Shown one piece after another: positions 30,753 through 40,223 of a DNA stretch of 64,000 nucleotides. The position numbers and the translations under genes are program-made. The DNA is taken from assembly GCA_958295945.1 (NCBI GenBank), contig OY282386.1, positions 3,381,126-3,445,125 of the forward strand, in the 5' to 3' direction. The notes beneath the pieces are model-generated. The model was not told the DNA's origin and ran no database searches. It saw nothing but the letters and a program-made list of their open reading frames with translations. Each line of letters begins with the position of its first letter. Within the stretch, counting starts at the first letter, position 1. Source of the stretch: Candidatus Poribacteria bacterium (GTDB lineage Bacteria > Poribacteria > WGA-4E > WGA-3G).

Positions 30753-31005
30753 AACACAGAATTCATGAACACTTCAACTGCTGTCAATCAAACCGCACAA
30801 TTCATTGCGCCTCTTACATTGTTGGAGCGGTTTTCAACCGCGATTACCCACCGTCCATTGTAGCGCGAGGTCTCCGTGCCTCGCACTTGATTGAGATGGA
30901 ACATGGCGGGGCACAGAGACCCGGGGAATCATGGCGAATACCACACGCGTATTCGTCTAATGGCATTCATACCGTTGATTTGGCGTTGATTTGGGGAACG
31001 CCTAA

Positions 31006-31118
31006 TGAAGATTAATTTATTAAACGGGTAATTTTCATTTTCTCAAACCGGGTAGGAGCGGTTTCCTAACCGCTCCGGACTTCACAAGGAAATTACCTGA
31101 TTTTTTTCCTAATCTTCA
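31006..31118. mobile_element. 113-bp MITE with TGAAGATTA ends enclosing a GTAG REP
   Basis: Bipartite IR (TGAAGATTA...GGTAATTT) at both ends, TAA/TCA flanks, internal GTAGGAGCGGTTTCCTAACCGCTCC. Confidence 0.6.
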
Positions 31119-31268
31119 TCAGGCGTTCATACCGTTGATTACTTGATTTGGCACTACAATAGATTACAGGTTTTTCACTTGAATTGATGTCTACGGTGAC
31201 AAAAACTTTACACACCCTTTGATAACTTTGGACTTGCAAAACTATAAGTTAATGCATTACAATAGGAT

Positions 31269-31630
31269 ATGGAACAAGAGCTAACAACCCCAGAAACGTT
31301 CAGTGGGTTGGTGATTCAAAAGAAAGGTTACAGGCTTTCCCGGAGCAGGTGCGTAAGGATATTGGACACGCCTTGTATCGTGTGCAAATTGGTGAGAACC
31401 CGTCGTCGACAAAACCCATGAAGGGTATAGAATCTGGGGTGTTTGAACTTGTTGATACCTACGCTACGGATACTTATCAAGTCGTTTACTCGGTTAAAAT
31501 TGGACGAAGCATGTATGTACTGCACTGTTTTCAAAAGAAATCAAAACGTGGAATTAGAACCTCAAAAAAGGATATTGACTTGATTAAACGTAGATTAAGA
31601 CGAGCTAAGGAGATGGAGAAAGAATTATGA
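31269..31630 (+). pseudogene. HigB/RelE-family (Gp49-like) toxin, apparently frameshifted near its 5' end
   Basis: The conserved VQWVGDSKERLQAFP...VLHCFQKKS frame is -1 relative to ATG 31269. A TTGCAA-18-TACAAT promoter sits just upstream. Confidence 0.65.
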
Positions 31631-31956
31631 GCAGTAACATTAAAGTTGAAGAAGGCAGCGGTAATATCTTCAAGGATTTAGGTTTTTCTGATGAGGTCTC
31701 GGAGAAAGAACTCCTAAAAGCTCAGTTGGGAACTGAGATTTTCCGCATTCTGAAGGAACGCAAACTCACTGAGGCCGAGGCGGCGAAACTACTTGGCATT
31801 AAAAACACTGATGTTTCTCGCCTTAAATCCGCCAAACTTTCTGACTACAACGTTGAGCAATTGATGAGGTTTCTTAATCAGTTGAATCGCGATATTGAGA
31901 TTCGGATTATTCCTTCAGAGAATAGAGAAGGACAGCAGCGAGTGGTTGCTGTTTAG
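31627..31956 (+). CDS. XRE-family HTH antitoxin (HigA-like)
   Basis: GSGNIFKDLG, LTEAEAAKLLG...DVSRL motifs and an ATGA overlap with the toxin. Confidence 0.85.
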   Translation: MSSNIKVEEGSGNIFKDLGFSDEVSEKELLKAQLGTEIFRILKERKLTEAEAAKLLGIKNTDVSRLKSAKLSDYNVEQLMRFLNQLNRDIEIRIIPSENREGQQRVVAV

Positions 31957-32199
31957 TTCAAGGTATGCTTCAATCATGGCAAGGCACATGGTAATTGCTT
32001 CCTGCCTCCAGTTAGCTAAGGCGCGCTGCGTAATGTGATAGGGTTATTACATCCGAAGATAAAATCACGATTCATGCCCCTTTCCAGATTGAGGGTTAAG
32101 CCATGAGACTTAACCATTAACCAGAAACCCATTCGTTGTATATCAACTTGTCCAAGCAATGTGTAGAAAGTCAGGAGATTTCCGAAGGCATCACTCTTA

Positions 32200-32388
32200 G
32201 GGTTTGTAAAGTTTTTGGCATGAACATCACATTAACCATTGTCCTGCGGGGTCTTTGTTCTCCGCCATCTTTCAATCTACCAACAATTGCGAGACACAGA
32301 GACCCGGGGAATGCCACAAGGGTATTCATACCGTTGATTTCGCCCTACAATGGATGGTAAAAGTTAGTGCCAAAAGTTTTACATATTC
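32200..32388. mobile_element. Degenerate IS256-like MITE carrying a REP pair
   Basis: Ends GGGTTTGTAAAGTTTTTGGCA / TGCCAAAAGTTTTACATATTC resemble the 29970 TIR. No TSD is visible. Confidence 0.55.
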
Positions 32389-32404
32389 GCTAATCCCTAA
32401 ATCA

Positions 32405-32433
32405 TTGACTCTCACTCAAAAGAATGTTATAAT
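32405..32433 (+). promoter_or_regulatory. sigma70-type promoter for the TonB-dependent receptor
   Basis: TTGACT-17 bp-TATAAT with TG extension. Confidence 0.7.
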
Positions 32434-32468
32434 TTACACGTCTTCATTTCTGATAGTTAGGTTACAAG

Positions 32469-34493
32469 ATGTCCACCATCAAATCTCTCGTTTTCCTTAT
32501 CCTCTTTATACACATCACAAGTTTTCTTTGGGTGCATGCACAAGAGAACCAAAAACCGATTGAACTGGACCCAATTGTTGTCACACCTGGACGTTTTTCG
32601 ATATATGACGGTCCCACACCACAACTCTCACTTTCAAAACAAGAAATAGAAAGGTTTCCGTTAGTAGATAACGATATAATGCGATCAGGACATAATTTGC
32701 CGGGAGTGATAGCAAGCGATTATAGCGCGCGTTTCAGTGTGAGAGGCGGCGAAAAGGACGGTGTCTCCGTTAGGTTGGACGGCATGGAACTCTATGACCC
32801 GTATCATCTTCAAGATTTCGGGGGTGCTATTTCGTTGATTGGACTCGGTCTAATCCAGCGCGCAGACCTGTTGATGGGTGGATTCCCCGCAGAATACGGA
32901 CAGAAAATGTCTGGTGTGTTTGACATTACAACAAAGATGCCAAATTCCGAAAAGGTATCTGCTAACTTTGGCATTGACCTAATAAACGCAACTGCAATGG
33001 TGGAAGGTCCCCTTACTGATAAAGGTGGATGGCTGCTCTCCGCACGTCGAGGTTACATTGACATAATTCTTGCACTGATGGATATTGACGAAAACTACAA
33101 ACCGCAATATGCCGATGTCTACGGAAAAATGACTTACCAGTTATCGGAAGCAGACACACTCACGTTAAACGGTATATATGGATGGGATAAGAATCTGATA
33201 CGCATAGATGATGTTGATAACAACTTGGATTCACTCTATGACAATTCAACGGTGTGGTTGAAGTGGCGGCATGCATTTGGAACTGCATATCTGACAGATG
33301 TTTATATGTTCGGTGGCACTTCAAGCCGAGAAAGGATGTCTGGTGAAGCAAATCGTGATATCCGTGATTTCCGTTTTGTAGGGACAAAAGCAGAACTAAC
33401 CGCAAATGTCTGGGATAAACATACATTCCGTAGCGGCATAGAGTGGCGTTGGTCGGCTACACAATACGATTACTTTGTCCGAGAGAGAAGGGCGGGAATT
33501 AACAACTATAGCGACCCAATACTTGCTGAAATTGACGATAGTGGCAGTGACATCAGATTGTTTCTACAAGATGAGTGGCAGATTCATCCGAAACTTGCTG
33601 TCAACTTAGGTGGACGTTATGTCGTTCAAAACTATAGGGATTCGGATATTCAAAACTACGAGATTGGTCCACGCGTCGCACTTGCATTCCGTCCAAAGGA
33701 TTACCTTATCCTACGAGCAGCATGGGGTCTTTATCATCAACCTGTTGACATGATGTCTATTCCTGTGGAAGATGATATTCAGACCGTTGGACGGGCAGAA
33801 CAAGCAACTCATTACATTTTCGGTGGTGAATATAGCCTCAAAAACAATTTCCTCATTCGACTTGAAGGTTACTACAAGAAATATGATCATCTGGTAGGTA
33901 GGTTAAGAGAATTCGGACGACAAATGCAGATTTTCACACCTGCTGAATCAGCGGAAGCAAAAGGATTTGATATCTTCGCTACACAAGCAGTCTCATCTCG
34001 GTTGACATGGGGACTTGGCTATGCTTTCGGAATCGCAGAAGAAACATCTGAAAACCAGACAATCTATCGCCAGTATGATCGACGGCACTCCATCTTTTTG
34101 AGCTGCAGTCAACAGATCACCTCAACGTGGCATCTCTATTTCAGTTGGCGTTTCCATACAGGTGATCCAAGAACACCTTTGGAACACAAAAACGTGCTAT
34201 CAGATGATGGTAATACCATCATCGCTTGTGACCGACAATTTGGTGAAACACATACGGAACGATTACCATCTTATCACAGTCTTGATTTTCGGATTACAAA
34301 ACGGAGTCCTTATAGACGATGGACACTCACATGGTATTTTCAAGTCTTGAATTTATATAATCACACCAATGTGGATCAATACGCTTTCGGTGAAGTGCGG
34401 GATGAAGAAACAGATGCCATTACAGATTGTGTGATTGAAGAAGAACCCCTATTTCCTATTGTTCCAACTTTAGGTATAACAGTTACATTTTAG
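32469..34493 (+). CDS. TonB-dependent receptor
   Basis: Signal peptide, TonB box (DPIVVT), plug (LPGV...VRGG...GGFPAEYG...SGV) and a barrel ending in F. Confidence 0.88.
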   Translation: MSTIKSLVFLILFIHITSFLWVHAQENQKPIELDPIVVTPGRFSIYDGPTPQLSLSKQEIERFPLVDNDIMRSGHNLPGVIASDYSARFSVRGGEKDGVSVRLDGMELYDPYHLQDFGGAISLIGLGLIQRADLLMGGFPAEYGQKMSGVFDITTKMPNSEKVSANFGIDLINATAMVEGPLTDKGGWLLSARRGYIDIILALMDIDENYKPQYADVYGKMTYQLSEADTLTLNGIYGWDKNLIRIDDVDNNLDSLYDNSTVWLKWRHAFGTAYLTDVYMFGGTSSRERMSGEANRDIRDFRFVGTKAELTANVWDKHTFRSGIEWRWSATQYDYFVRERRAGINNYSDPILAEIDDSGSDIRLFLQDEWQIHPKLAVNLGGRYVVQNYRDSDIQNYEIGPRVALAFRPKDYLILRAAWGLYHQPVDMMSIPVEDDIQTVGRAEQATHYIFGGEYSLKNNFLIRLEGYYKKYDHLVGRLREFGRQMQIFTPAESAEAKGFDIFATQAVSSRLTWGLGYAFGIAEETSENQTIYRQYDRRHSIFLSCSQQITSTWHLYFSWRFHTGDPRTPLEHKNVLSDDGNTIIACDRQFGETHTERLPSYHSLDFRITKRSPYRRWTLTWYFQVLNLYNHTNVDQYAFGEVRDEETDAITDCVIEEEPLFPIVPTLGITVTF

Positions 34494-34521
34494 GAACTTG
34501 CATTTTGGATGAGAATAGGTC

Positions 34522-34965
34522 ATGGTTAGACGTATCAGAGAAATGTTACATAAAATGTGGGATTCCTTCCACATAACCTCACGTTACGGAGCATTACCAA
34601 AAGCAGCACCCAGCGTAGAAGAGGCTATCTTTCCCTATGATCCTGAAGAATACACCATCCACCCCAATGAGTTAAAATATATGATTGATTCAGGCAGGGA
34701 TTTTGTGTTGCTTGATGTCAGGGAAGCATGGGAATATCAACTTGTGCATATTGAGGGGGCAGTGTCTATTCCTCTCGGGGAACTGCCGAAGCGGTTTGGT
34801 GAACTCTCACCAATAGATGAGATCGTTGTTTATTGTCATCACGGTATGCGGAGTCTGGATGCTGCATATCTGCTACAACAACTCGGATTCAAGTCTGTGC
34901 TGAGTGTTGTCGGTGGGATTGATCGATGGGCAAGTGAGATTGCCCCAAATTTGGAGCGTTACTAA
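34522..34965 (+). CDS. Rhodanese-domain protein
   Basis: LLDVRE, YCHHGMRS and GGIDRW motifs. Confidence 0.88.
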   Translation: MVRRIREMLHKMWDSFHITSRYGALPKAAPSVEEAIFPYDPEEYTIHPNELKYMIDSGRDFVLLDVREAWEYQLVHIEGAVSIPLGELPKRFGELSPIDEIVVYCHHGMRSLDAAYLLQQLGFKSVLSVVGGIDRWASEIAPNLERY

Positions 34966-35077
34966 TACCATTTCTAATAGAAAACGCCGCATTTTTGTAC
35001 CACAAACTGCCAGTTTGTGCAGTCCTTCAAGACATTCTTAACAAATGCTAATGGGATATACATTTATAGAAATGGTA
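34966..35077. mobile_element. 112-bp MITE, copy 4
   Basis: Same TIR as copy 1. Its TAA TSD is the stop codon of the rhodanese gene. Confidence 0.9.
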
Positions 35078-35086
35078 TAACTAAAC

Positions 35087-36481
35087 CTATTCCTCACCTT
35101 TAAAATCCTGGCTCTGCAATCCATAACTCTGCATACGATGCTGAAGTTGACGGCGAGAGATACCTAACAATTCCGCTGCTTTAGTTTGTGTGCCATTTGT
35201 TTTTGTCAAGGCAGCACTCACATATTCCTTGATAATCTCTTCCAAGGAAACGCCACTCTCTGGAATGTCAATCTCAAAATCTGTGGTGGGAAGCGAAGTG
35301 TCTATTATTTCAGGAGGGAGTTGATCCAAGTCAATAGAAGCGTTTTCGGAGAGAACATAGATACGATGAAGATAGTTTTCCAATTGACGCACGTTTCCTG
35401 GCCAATCATATCGGCATAGAGCAGACATTGCACGTTGTGAAACCTGTTTCGGTTCAGCATCCACATACTCATCACTGAACTTTTGTATTAGGTAATTCAC
35501 GAGAATCGGAATGTCCTCAACGCGTTCACGAAGCGGTGGCAGATGAAGCGGAATAACGTTCAACCTGAAGTAGAGATCAGAACGAAAAGTGCCGTCTTTC
35601 ACTGCTTCCACAAGGTTTTTATTGGTTGCGGCGATAACGCACACATCAACATTTATAGTTTGACTGCCACCAATTCTCCGAATCTCATGTTTTTCCAATA
35701 CATGCAGCAGTGTGCTTTGCATTTGAACAGAGATATCTCCGATTTCATCAAGGAATAACGTGCCAGTATCCGCAATTTCAAAAATACCTTTCTTCTGCTG
35801 CACGGCATCAGTAAATGCTCCTTTCTCATGTCCAAATAGTTCACTCTCTATTAAGGTTTCTGCAATGGCACCACAATTAATAGACACAAAAGGTTTATCT
35901 TTGCGACTTCCGAATTCGTGGAGTGCGCGCGCAACAAGACTTTTCCCACTACCTGTCTCACCTGTGATGAGCACTTGTCTAACCCTTCTGTGAATGACAC
36001 GAGACATATTTTTGAAAAGTTGTTGCATCTTGTCGCTTTCACCTACAATATAGTCGACCTTAATTTCTGAAGGAGCATCATGCGTATCAGGTTCACCTTC
36101 AGCAAAGGCACCGCGAGTTTGCAGAGCACGATTAACCTCTCGTTTCAACACATCAATATCATCAATCGGTTTTTCGAGATAGTAGAATGCCCCTTCATGA
36201 GCGACGAGATTGACTGCATCGTTCAATTCTGCATAAGCCGTGATAATCAAGACAGGCAACGCAGGATCAACCTTTTTTATTTCTCGTAGTAGGTCGCGTC
36301 CCTCAAATCGTGAGGACATCCACATGTCGCTGATGACGACATCAAACATCTGTTCCTTTATTTTTTCAAGTGCCGATGTGCTATCTTCCACCGTATCAAC
36401 ATCATATCCTTCGCGTTGTAAGATTCGTTGCAGAATGGTGAGTTGTGCTTTGTCATCGTCTACAATCAGTATTGATGGCAT
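35087..36481 (-). CDS. sigma54-dependent NtrC/AtoC-family response regulator
   Basis: REC (ILIVDDD, SDMWM), GETGSGK, ESELFGHEKGAFTDA, LFLDEIG, WPGNVR and a Fis-type HTH. Confidence 0.92.
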   Translation of the reverse strand: MPSILIVDDDKAQLTILQRILQREGYDVDTVEDSTSALEKIKEQMFDVVISDMWMSSRFEGRDLLREIKKVDPALPVLIITAYAELNDAVNLVAHEGAFYYLEKPIDDIDVLKREVNRALQTRGAFAEGEPDTHDAPSEIKVDYIVGESDKMQQLFKNMSRVIHRRVRQVLITGETGSGKSLVARALHEFGSRKDKPFVSINCGAIAETLIESELFGHEKGAFTDAVQQKKGIFEIADTGTLFLDEIGDISVQMQSTLLHVLEKHEIRRIGGSQTINVDVCVIAATNKNLVEAVKDGTFRSDLYFRLNVIPLHLPPLRERVEDIPILVNYLIQKFSDEYVDAEPKQVSQRAMSALCRYDWPGNVRQLENYLHRIYVLSENASIDLDQLPPEIIDTSLPTTDFEIDIPESGVSLEEIIKEYVSAALTKTNGTQTKAAELLGISRRQLQHRMQSYGLQSQDFKGEE

Positions 36482-36498
36482 GTCTATTATCTCCAAAT

Positions 36499-38322
36499 TT
36501 ATTGACCAATCACTATGTTTTTGACAGGAAAAGTGATTTTAAACGCAGTTCCCATACCGATTTTGCTCCTGAGTTCAACCTTACCTTGATGTGCGGTGAT
36601 TATCTGATGTGAAATTGCAAGTCCAAGACCTATACCGCCATCTTCGTCTTTTGTGGTGAAATACGCATCGTAAATCCGTTCCTGATTCTCCTCTGGAATG
36701 CCGATACCTGTATCTCGTATTTCAAGTGAAACATAAGCCGCTCCATTTATCTCTTCAATGGATGTGGTGAGATAAATACTTCCGCCTTTCGGCATTGCCT
36801 GAACGCAGTTTTGCACGAAGTTAAAAATCGTTTGTCGCATCAACATTTCATCTAATTGCAAATCTGGGAGTTCATCGTTGTAAACCTTGTTGATATGGAC
36901 ATTAGCCTCTTCCGCAATCAGGACGAACTCAGATAAGACAGAATCTAAGAGTTCATTTAGATTTACCGTTGTTAGATCAAGTTTTCGTGGCCGATTCAGT
37001 GTCAGGAATTGTTCTGAAGTCTCTTTTAATTCTCCTATTTTCTCATCAACAATGTCTAATAATTCTCTGGCTTCCTCAATATCCTCTGGTTTGACATTGG
37101 GTTGTGAAAAGATGGATTTAAGGTGTTGTGCTGTCATTCCGATAGAATTAAGCGGATTACGTATTTCATGTGCGACACCTCCTGCGAATTGTCCCAGTGC
37201 TGCAATTTTTCTCGAATGTGACGTTTTCAACTGGATAAACATACGCACCAAATTACGAGTAGCCTTGCTTATCTCGTCTGATGCATACGTCCGTTTTAAG
37301 TAGGAAGAGAGATTTCCAGTTTCAGCATTTTGGATGATTTCAGTCATTCGTGCAAGCGGTTTAATAATCAGTTTATTCGTCATCAAATCAAATAGAACCA
37401 CCAGCAATATACCGACAATGACGATAAAAATTGCGTGCATTAACAGGGATGAACGTATAGATTTTGCGATAGATGGCACATCGTATAGCACTCGTATATA
37501 GCCATTATTGACGTTTGACATGTGAATCCAGAAGATGTCATCCTCAAGCCAAAAATCGTATATGTGCTTATTCACTAAATCTGAAATCTGCCATCGGTTA
37601 TTTTTCAGATCTATATTCACCGAAGCATCAGGAGATAAATATATCTGATTTGCGATGAACATCCGCCATAATTTGAATGAGAACTTGCCTTGATTCAGAA
37701 GATCAATCTGGTCTTGTAATTCAGACTTGATTCCCTCAATTTGTACGGATGTATCAGGCGGCAAAACAACATCTTGAGACAAAAACATTTGCCAGAATTC
37801 CACAGGAATGTCTTCAACTTTCATTGATCTTTGAGCTTCCAGATGCGTAGGTTCTAACTTCTTCGGTGGAATTGTGTATGGTAAAATGATATATGTAGCG
37901 TTTTTCTCCTCAATCGTATCGGTGATTGCCCCTTTTGTATCAATCTCAAGAAGGTTTTCCTCACCTAAATGTATATGTGTTGGGATTACGCGTGATAACA
38001 AACTGGAACGCACACGCGAATCACCTAAGGTGACTTCCACATTCAACACATCCTTCATATCTGGGTTTTCATCCTTAAGTTTGTCGATCACTTGATCAAT
38101 ACGGTCTGGATTAAATGCTTGTGACGTAGTAATTTCTTTGACAATTGGGTTCAGAATAGTGTTCTCAGCAATGAGTTTTATAGCCGCCCCTTGTTCTACT
38201 CCTAATGCGTGAAGTGCGCTCATCTCTTTCCGTAATCGATAGCTGTCAAAGAAATAGAAAGCAACAAGGACAGCAATAACTGTCAAGTTAATTATCAGAG
38301 AGTATTTCCACTGGAGACGCAT
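36499..38322 (-). CDS. Membrane sensor histidine kinase (HAMP, HisKA, HATPase)
   Basis: Two TM helices, AHEIRNPL, N box, DTGIGI and GIGLGL motifs. Confidence 0.92.
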   Translation of the reverse strand: MRLQWKYSLIINLTVIAVLVAFYFFDSYRLRKEMSALHALGVEQGAAIKLIAENTILNPIVKEITTSQAFNPDRIDQVIDKLKDENPDMKDVLNVEVTLGDSRVRSSLLSRVIPTHIHLGEENLLEIDTKGAITDTIEEKNATYIILPYTIPPKKLEPTHLEAQRSMKVEDIPVEFWQMFLSQDVVLPPDTSVQIEGIKSELQDQIDLLNQGKFSFKLWRMFIANQIYLSPDASVNIDLKNNRWQISDLVNKHIYDFWLEDDIFWIHMSNVNNGYIRVLYDVPSIAKSIRSSLLMHAIFIVIVGILLVVLFDLMTNKLIIKPLARMTEIIQNAETGNLSSYLKRTYASDEISKATRNLVRMFIQLKTSHSRKIAALGQFAGGVAHEIRNPLNSIGMTAQHLKSIFSQPNVKPEDIEEARELLDIVDEKIGELKETSEQFLTLNRPRKLDLTTVNLNELLDSVLSEFVLIAEEANVHINKVYNDELPDLQLDEMLMRQTIFNFVQNCVQAMPKGGSIYLTTSIEEINGAAYVSLEIRDTGIGIPEENQERIYDAYFTTKDEDGGIGLGLAISHQIITAHQGKVELRSKIGMGTAFKITFPVKNIVIGQ

Positions 38323-38324
38323 CG

Positions 38325-39824
38325 CTATTCTCCGTGTGCAGCACTGTTCAACCTTTGTATTGTATTACGCCAGTGTGCAAGTTTCTCTTGGCGTTGTATG
38401 GGGTCCATCAGTGGTGAAAACACACGATCAATTTCTCGGTGTGATTCAAGTGCATCAATGTCTTGCCATACACCCGCTTTAATTCCAGCAAGATAAGCAG
38501 CACCTAGACCCGTTGTCTCAATTTGTGTAGGTCGCTCCACATCTATGCCTAAAATATCAGCTTGAAACTGCATCAAGAAATTGTTAGCCGCAGCACCACC
38601 ATCTACACGCAACTTTTTGAGCGGAGTGTCTGCATCTACCATCATAGCAGAGGCGACATCAGCAGTTTGATATGCAATGGATTCCAGTGTAGCACGAACG
38701 ATATGTTCGCGTTTTGTGCCTCGTGTTAATCCAAAGATTGCACCTCTTGCCTCAGCGTCCCAATAGGGGGCACCGAGTCCAGTAAATGCTGGTACAACGA
38801 TTACACCTGCTGAATCGTTCACACGGTTCGCAATCCCTTCTGTCTCATCAGCAGATTCTATTATTTGTAGTTCATCTCTTAGCCACTGGACTGCTGCCCC
38901 AGCAATAAACACACTGCCTTCCAACGCATAGACTGGTTTTTCATCTAAACTACAAGCCAATGTTGTCAACAAACCTGAATTGGATTCAACTCTATCCGTT
39001 CCAGTGTTTAGCATCAAGAAACACCCGGTGCCGTAGGTGTTTTTCACCATCCCCGGTTGCCAACATAATTGACCAAACAACGCAGATTGTTGATCACCCG
39101 CTATACCAGCAATCGGGATTCCGTCTAATATTGGTATTTTCGTATTTCCAAAGTTGTATGCCGAAGGCGTAACTTCAGGTAAAATAGCCTTCGGAACATT
39201 AAAAATAGATAAAAGGTCATCATCCCAAGTAAGAGTATCTATGTTAAATAGTAACGTTCGTGATGCGTTTGTGTAATCAGTTTTATGGACGGTGCTATTT
39301 GTCAACTTCCATAGCAACCAGGTGTCAATAGTTCCGAAAGCGAGTTCACCACGTTTTGCTTTTTCTCTCACACCACTGACGTTGTCAAGGATCCACGCCA
39401 CCTTTGTTCCTGAAAAATACGGATCAATCACAAGTCCAGTTTTTGCTTTTACTTGTGATGCAACACCCTTTTGAGCATTGAGATTGGCACAGACATCTGC
39501 CGTTCTTCTGCATTGCCACACAATTGCTGGGTGAATAGGTTTCCCTGTCTTTCGATTCCATACGACAGTGGTCTCACGTTGATTAGTGATACCAATTGCT
39601 ACAATACTAGTCTTACTATCCAAGGAATTTAGCACTTCAACGATAGCGTTTTGTGTAGCAATCCAAATCTCATCGGGGTCATGTTCCACCCATCCTGGTT
39701 TCGGATAATGTTGAGTGAATTCCTGATACGATTGTGATACGATGGTGCCTTGAGTGTCTACAAGTAGTATGGTTGATCCTGTTGTTCCTTGATCTATTGA
39801 GAGGATATGTGATGAACGTGACAT
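38325..39824 (-). CDS. glpK: Glycerol kinase
   Basis: DQGTT, ITNQRETT, TDYTNASRT, GDQQSAL, KNTYGTG and PAFTGLGAPYW motifs. Confidence 0.95.
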   Translation of the reverse strand: MSRSSHILSIDQGTTGSTILLVDTQGTIVSQSYQEFTQHYPKPGWVEHDPDEIWIATQNAIVEVLNSLDSKTSIVAIGITNQRETTVVWNRKTGKPIHPAIVWQCRRTADVCANLNAQKGVASQVKAKTGLVIDPYFSGTKVAWILDNVSGVREKAKRGELAFGTIDTWLLWKLTNSTVHKTDYTNASRTLLFNIDTLTWDDDLLSIFNVPKAILPEVTPSAYNFGNTKIPILDGIPIAGIAGDQQSALFGQLCWQPGMVKNTYGTGCFLMLNTGTDRVESNSGLLTTLACSLDEKPVYALEGSVFIAGAAVQWLRDELQIIESADETEGIANRVNDSAGVIVVPAFTGLGAPYWDAEARGAIFGLTRGTKREHIVRATLESIAYQTADVASAMMVDADTPLKKLRVDGGAAANNFLMQFQADILGIDVERPTQIETTGLGAAYLAGIKAGVWQDIDALESHREIDRVFSPLMDPIQRQEKLAHWRNTIQRLNSAAHGE

Positions 39825-39977
39825 TTTATGTTGGTAGAGATATGTATTTCCTCAATTCTAACGGAGAGATAGATGTGCGTCAAGGAAAATCTCTGATGTA
39901 TTGGGGTAGAACATCTTGTAGACTATTTACGTAACTGGACAATTTAGGTCTATTTGGTGCGGAGAAGATGCGTAGGA

Positions 39978-40061
39978 CTATGGCTCAATCACTTTATAGA
40001 GGACGATCTGTTCATTGTGGATTATGTGGAGCAACAGACTTTTGACAGGGTGTCTGTTCAA
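39978..40061 (-). other. 27-aa micro-ORF ending YKVIEP (paralogue of 40090..40221)
   Basis: AAGGA then a TTG start: (M)NRHPVKSLLLHIIHNEQIVLYKVIEP*. Confidence 0.45.
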
Positions 40062-40089
40062 TTTATTATTCCTTTGTTACACCTCTTTG

Positions 40090-40221
40090 CTAAGGTTCTA
40101 TGACTTTGTAAAAATTGACTCTCCCATTCTCTATTTTGTTGATTATGACGTTTTTGACAGGATGCCGTTTAGTGTCGTAATGAGAGATGATAGATGCCCC
40201 TTGATAGTTAATACCCTTCAT
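40090..40221 (-). other. 43-aa micro-ORF resembling the C-terminus of a LivJ/LivK-type binding protein
   Basis: AAGGAG RBS: MKGINYQGASIISHYDTKRHPVKNVIINKIENGRVNFYKVIEP*. Confidence 0.5.
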
Positions 40222-40223
40222 TT

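Larger units (their letters stand above)
29970..31217. mobile_element. Non-autonomous IS256-like composite element with 9-bp TSD
   Basis: 22-bp TIR GGGT(A/G)TGTAAAGTTTTTGTCAC. TTTGATAAC lies at both 29961-29969 and 31218-31226. No transposase inside. Confidence 0.8.

Noticed and set aside
30509-31015. 168-aa ORF (and 32136..32563 ORFs)
   Set aside because: They run through REP and MITE sequence and are most likely chance open frames.
35800-35830. GAFTDA instead of GAFTGA as a sign of a sigma54-independent regulator
   Set aside because: The key F and T residues are retained and this variant is common, so it is not informative by itself.
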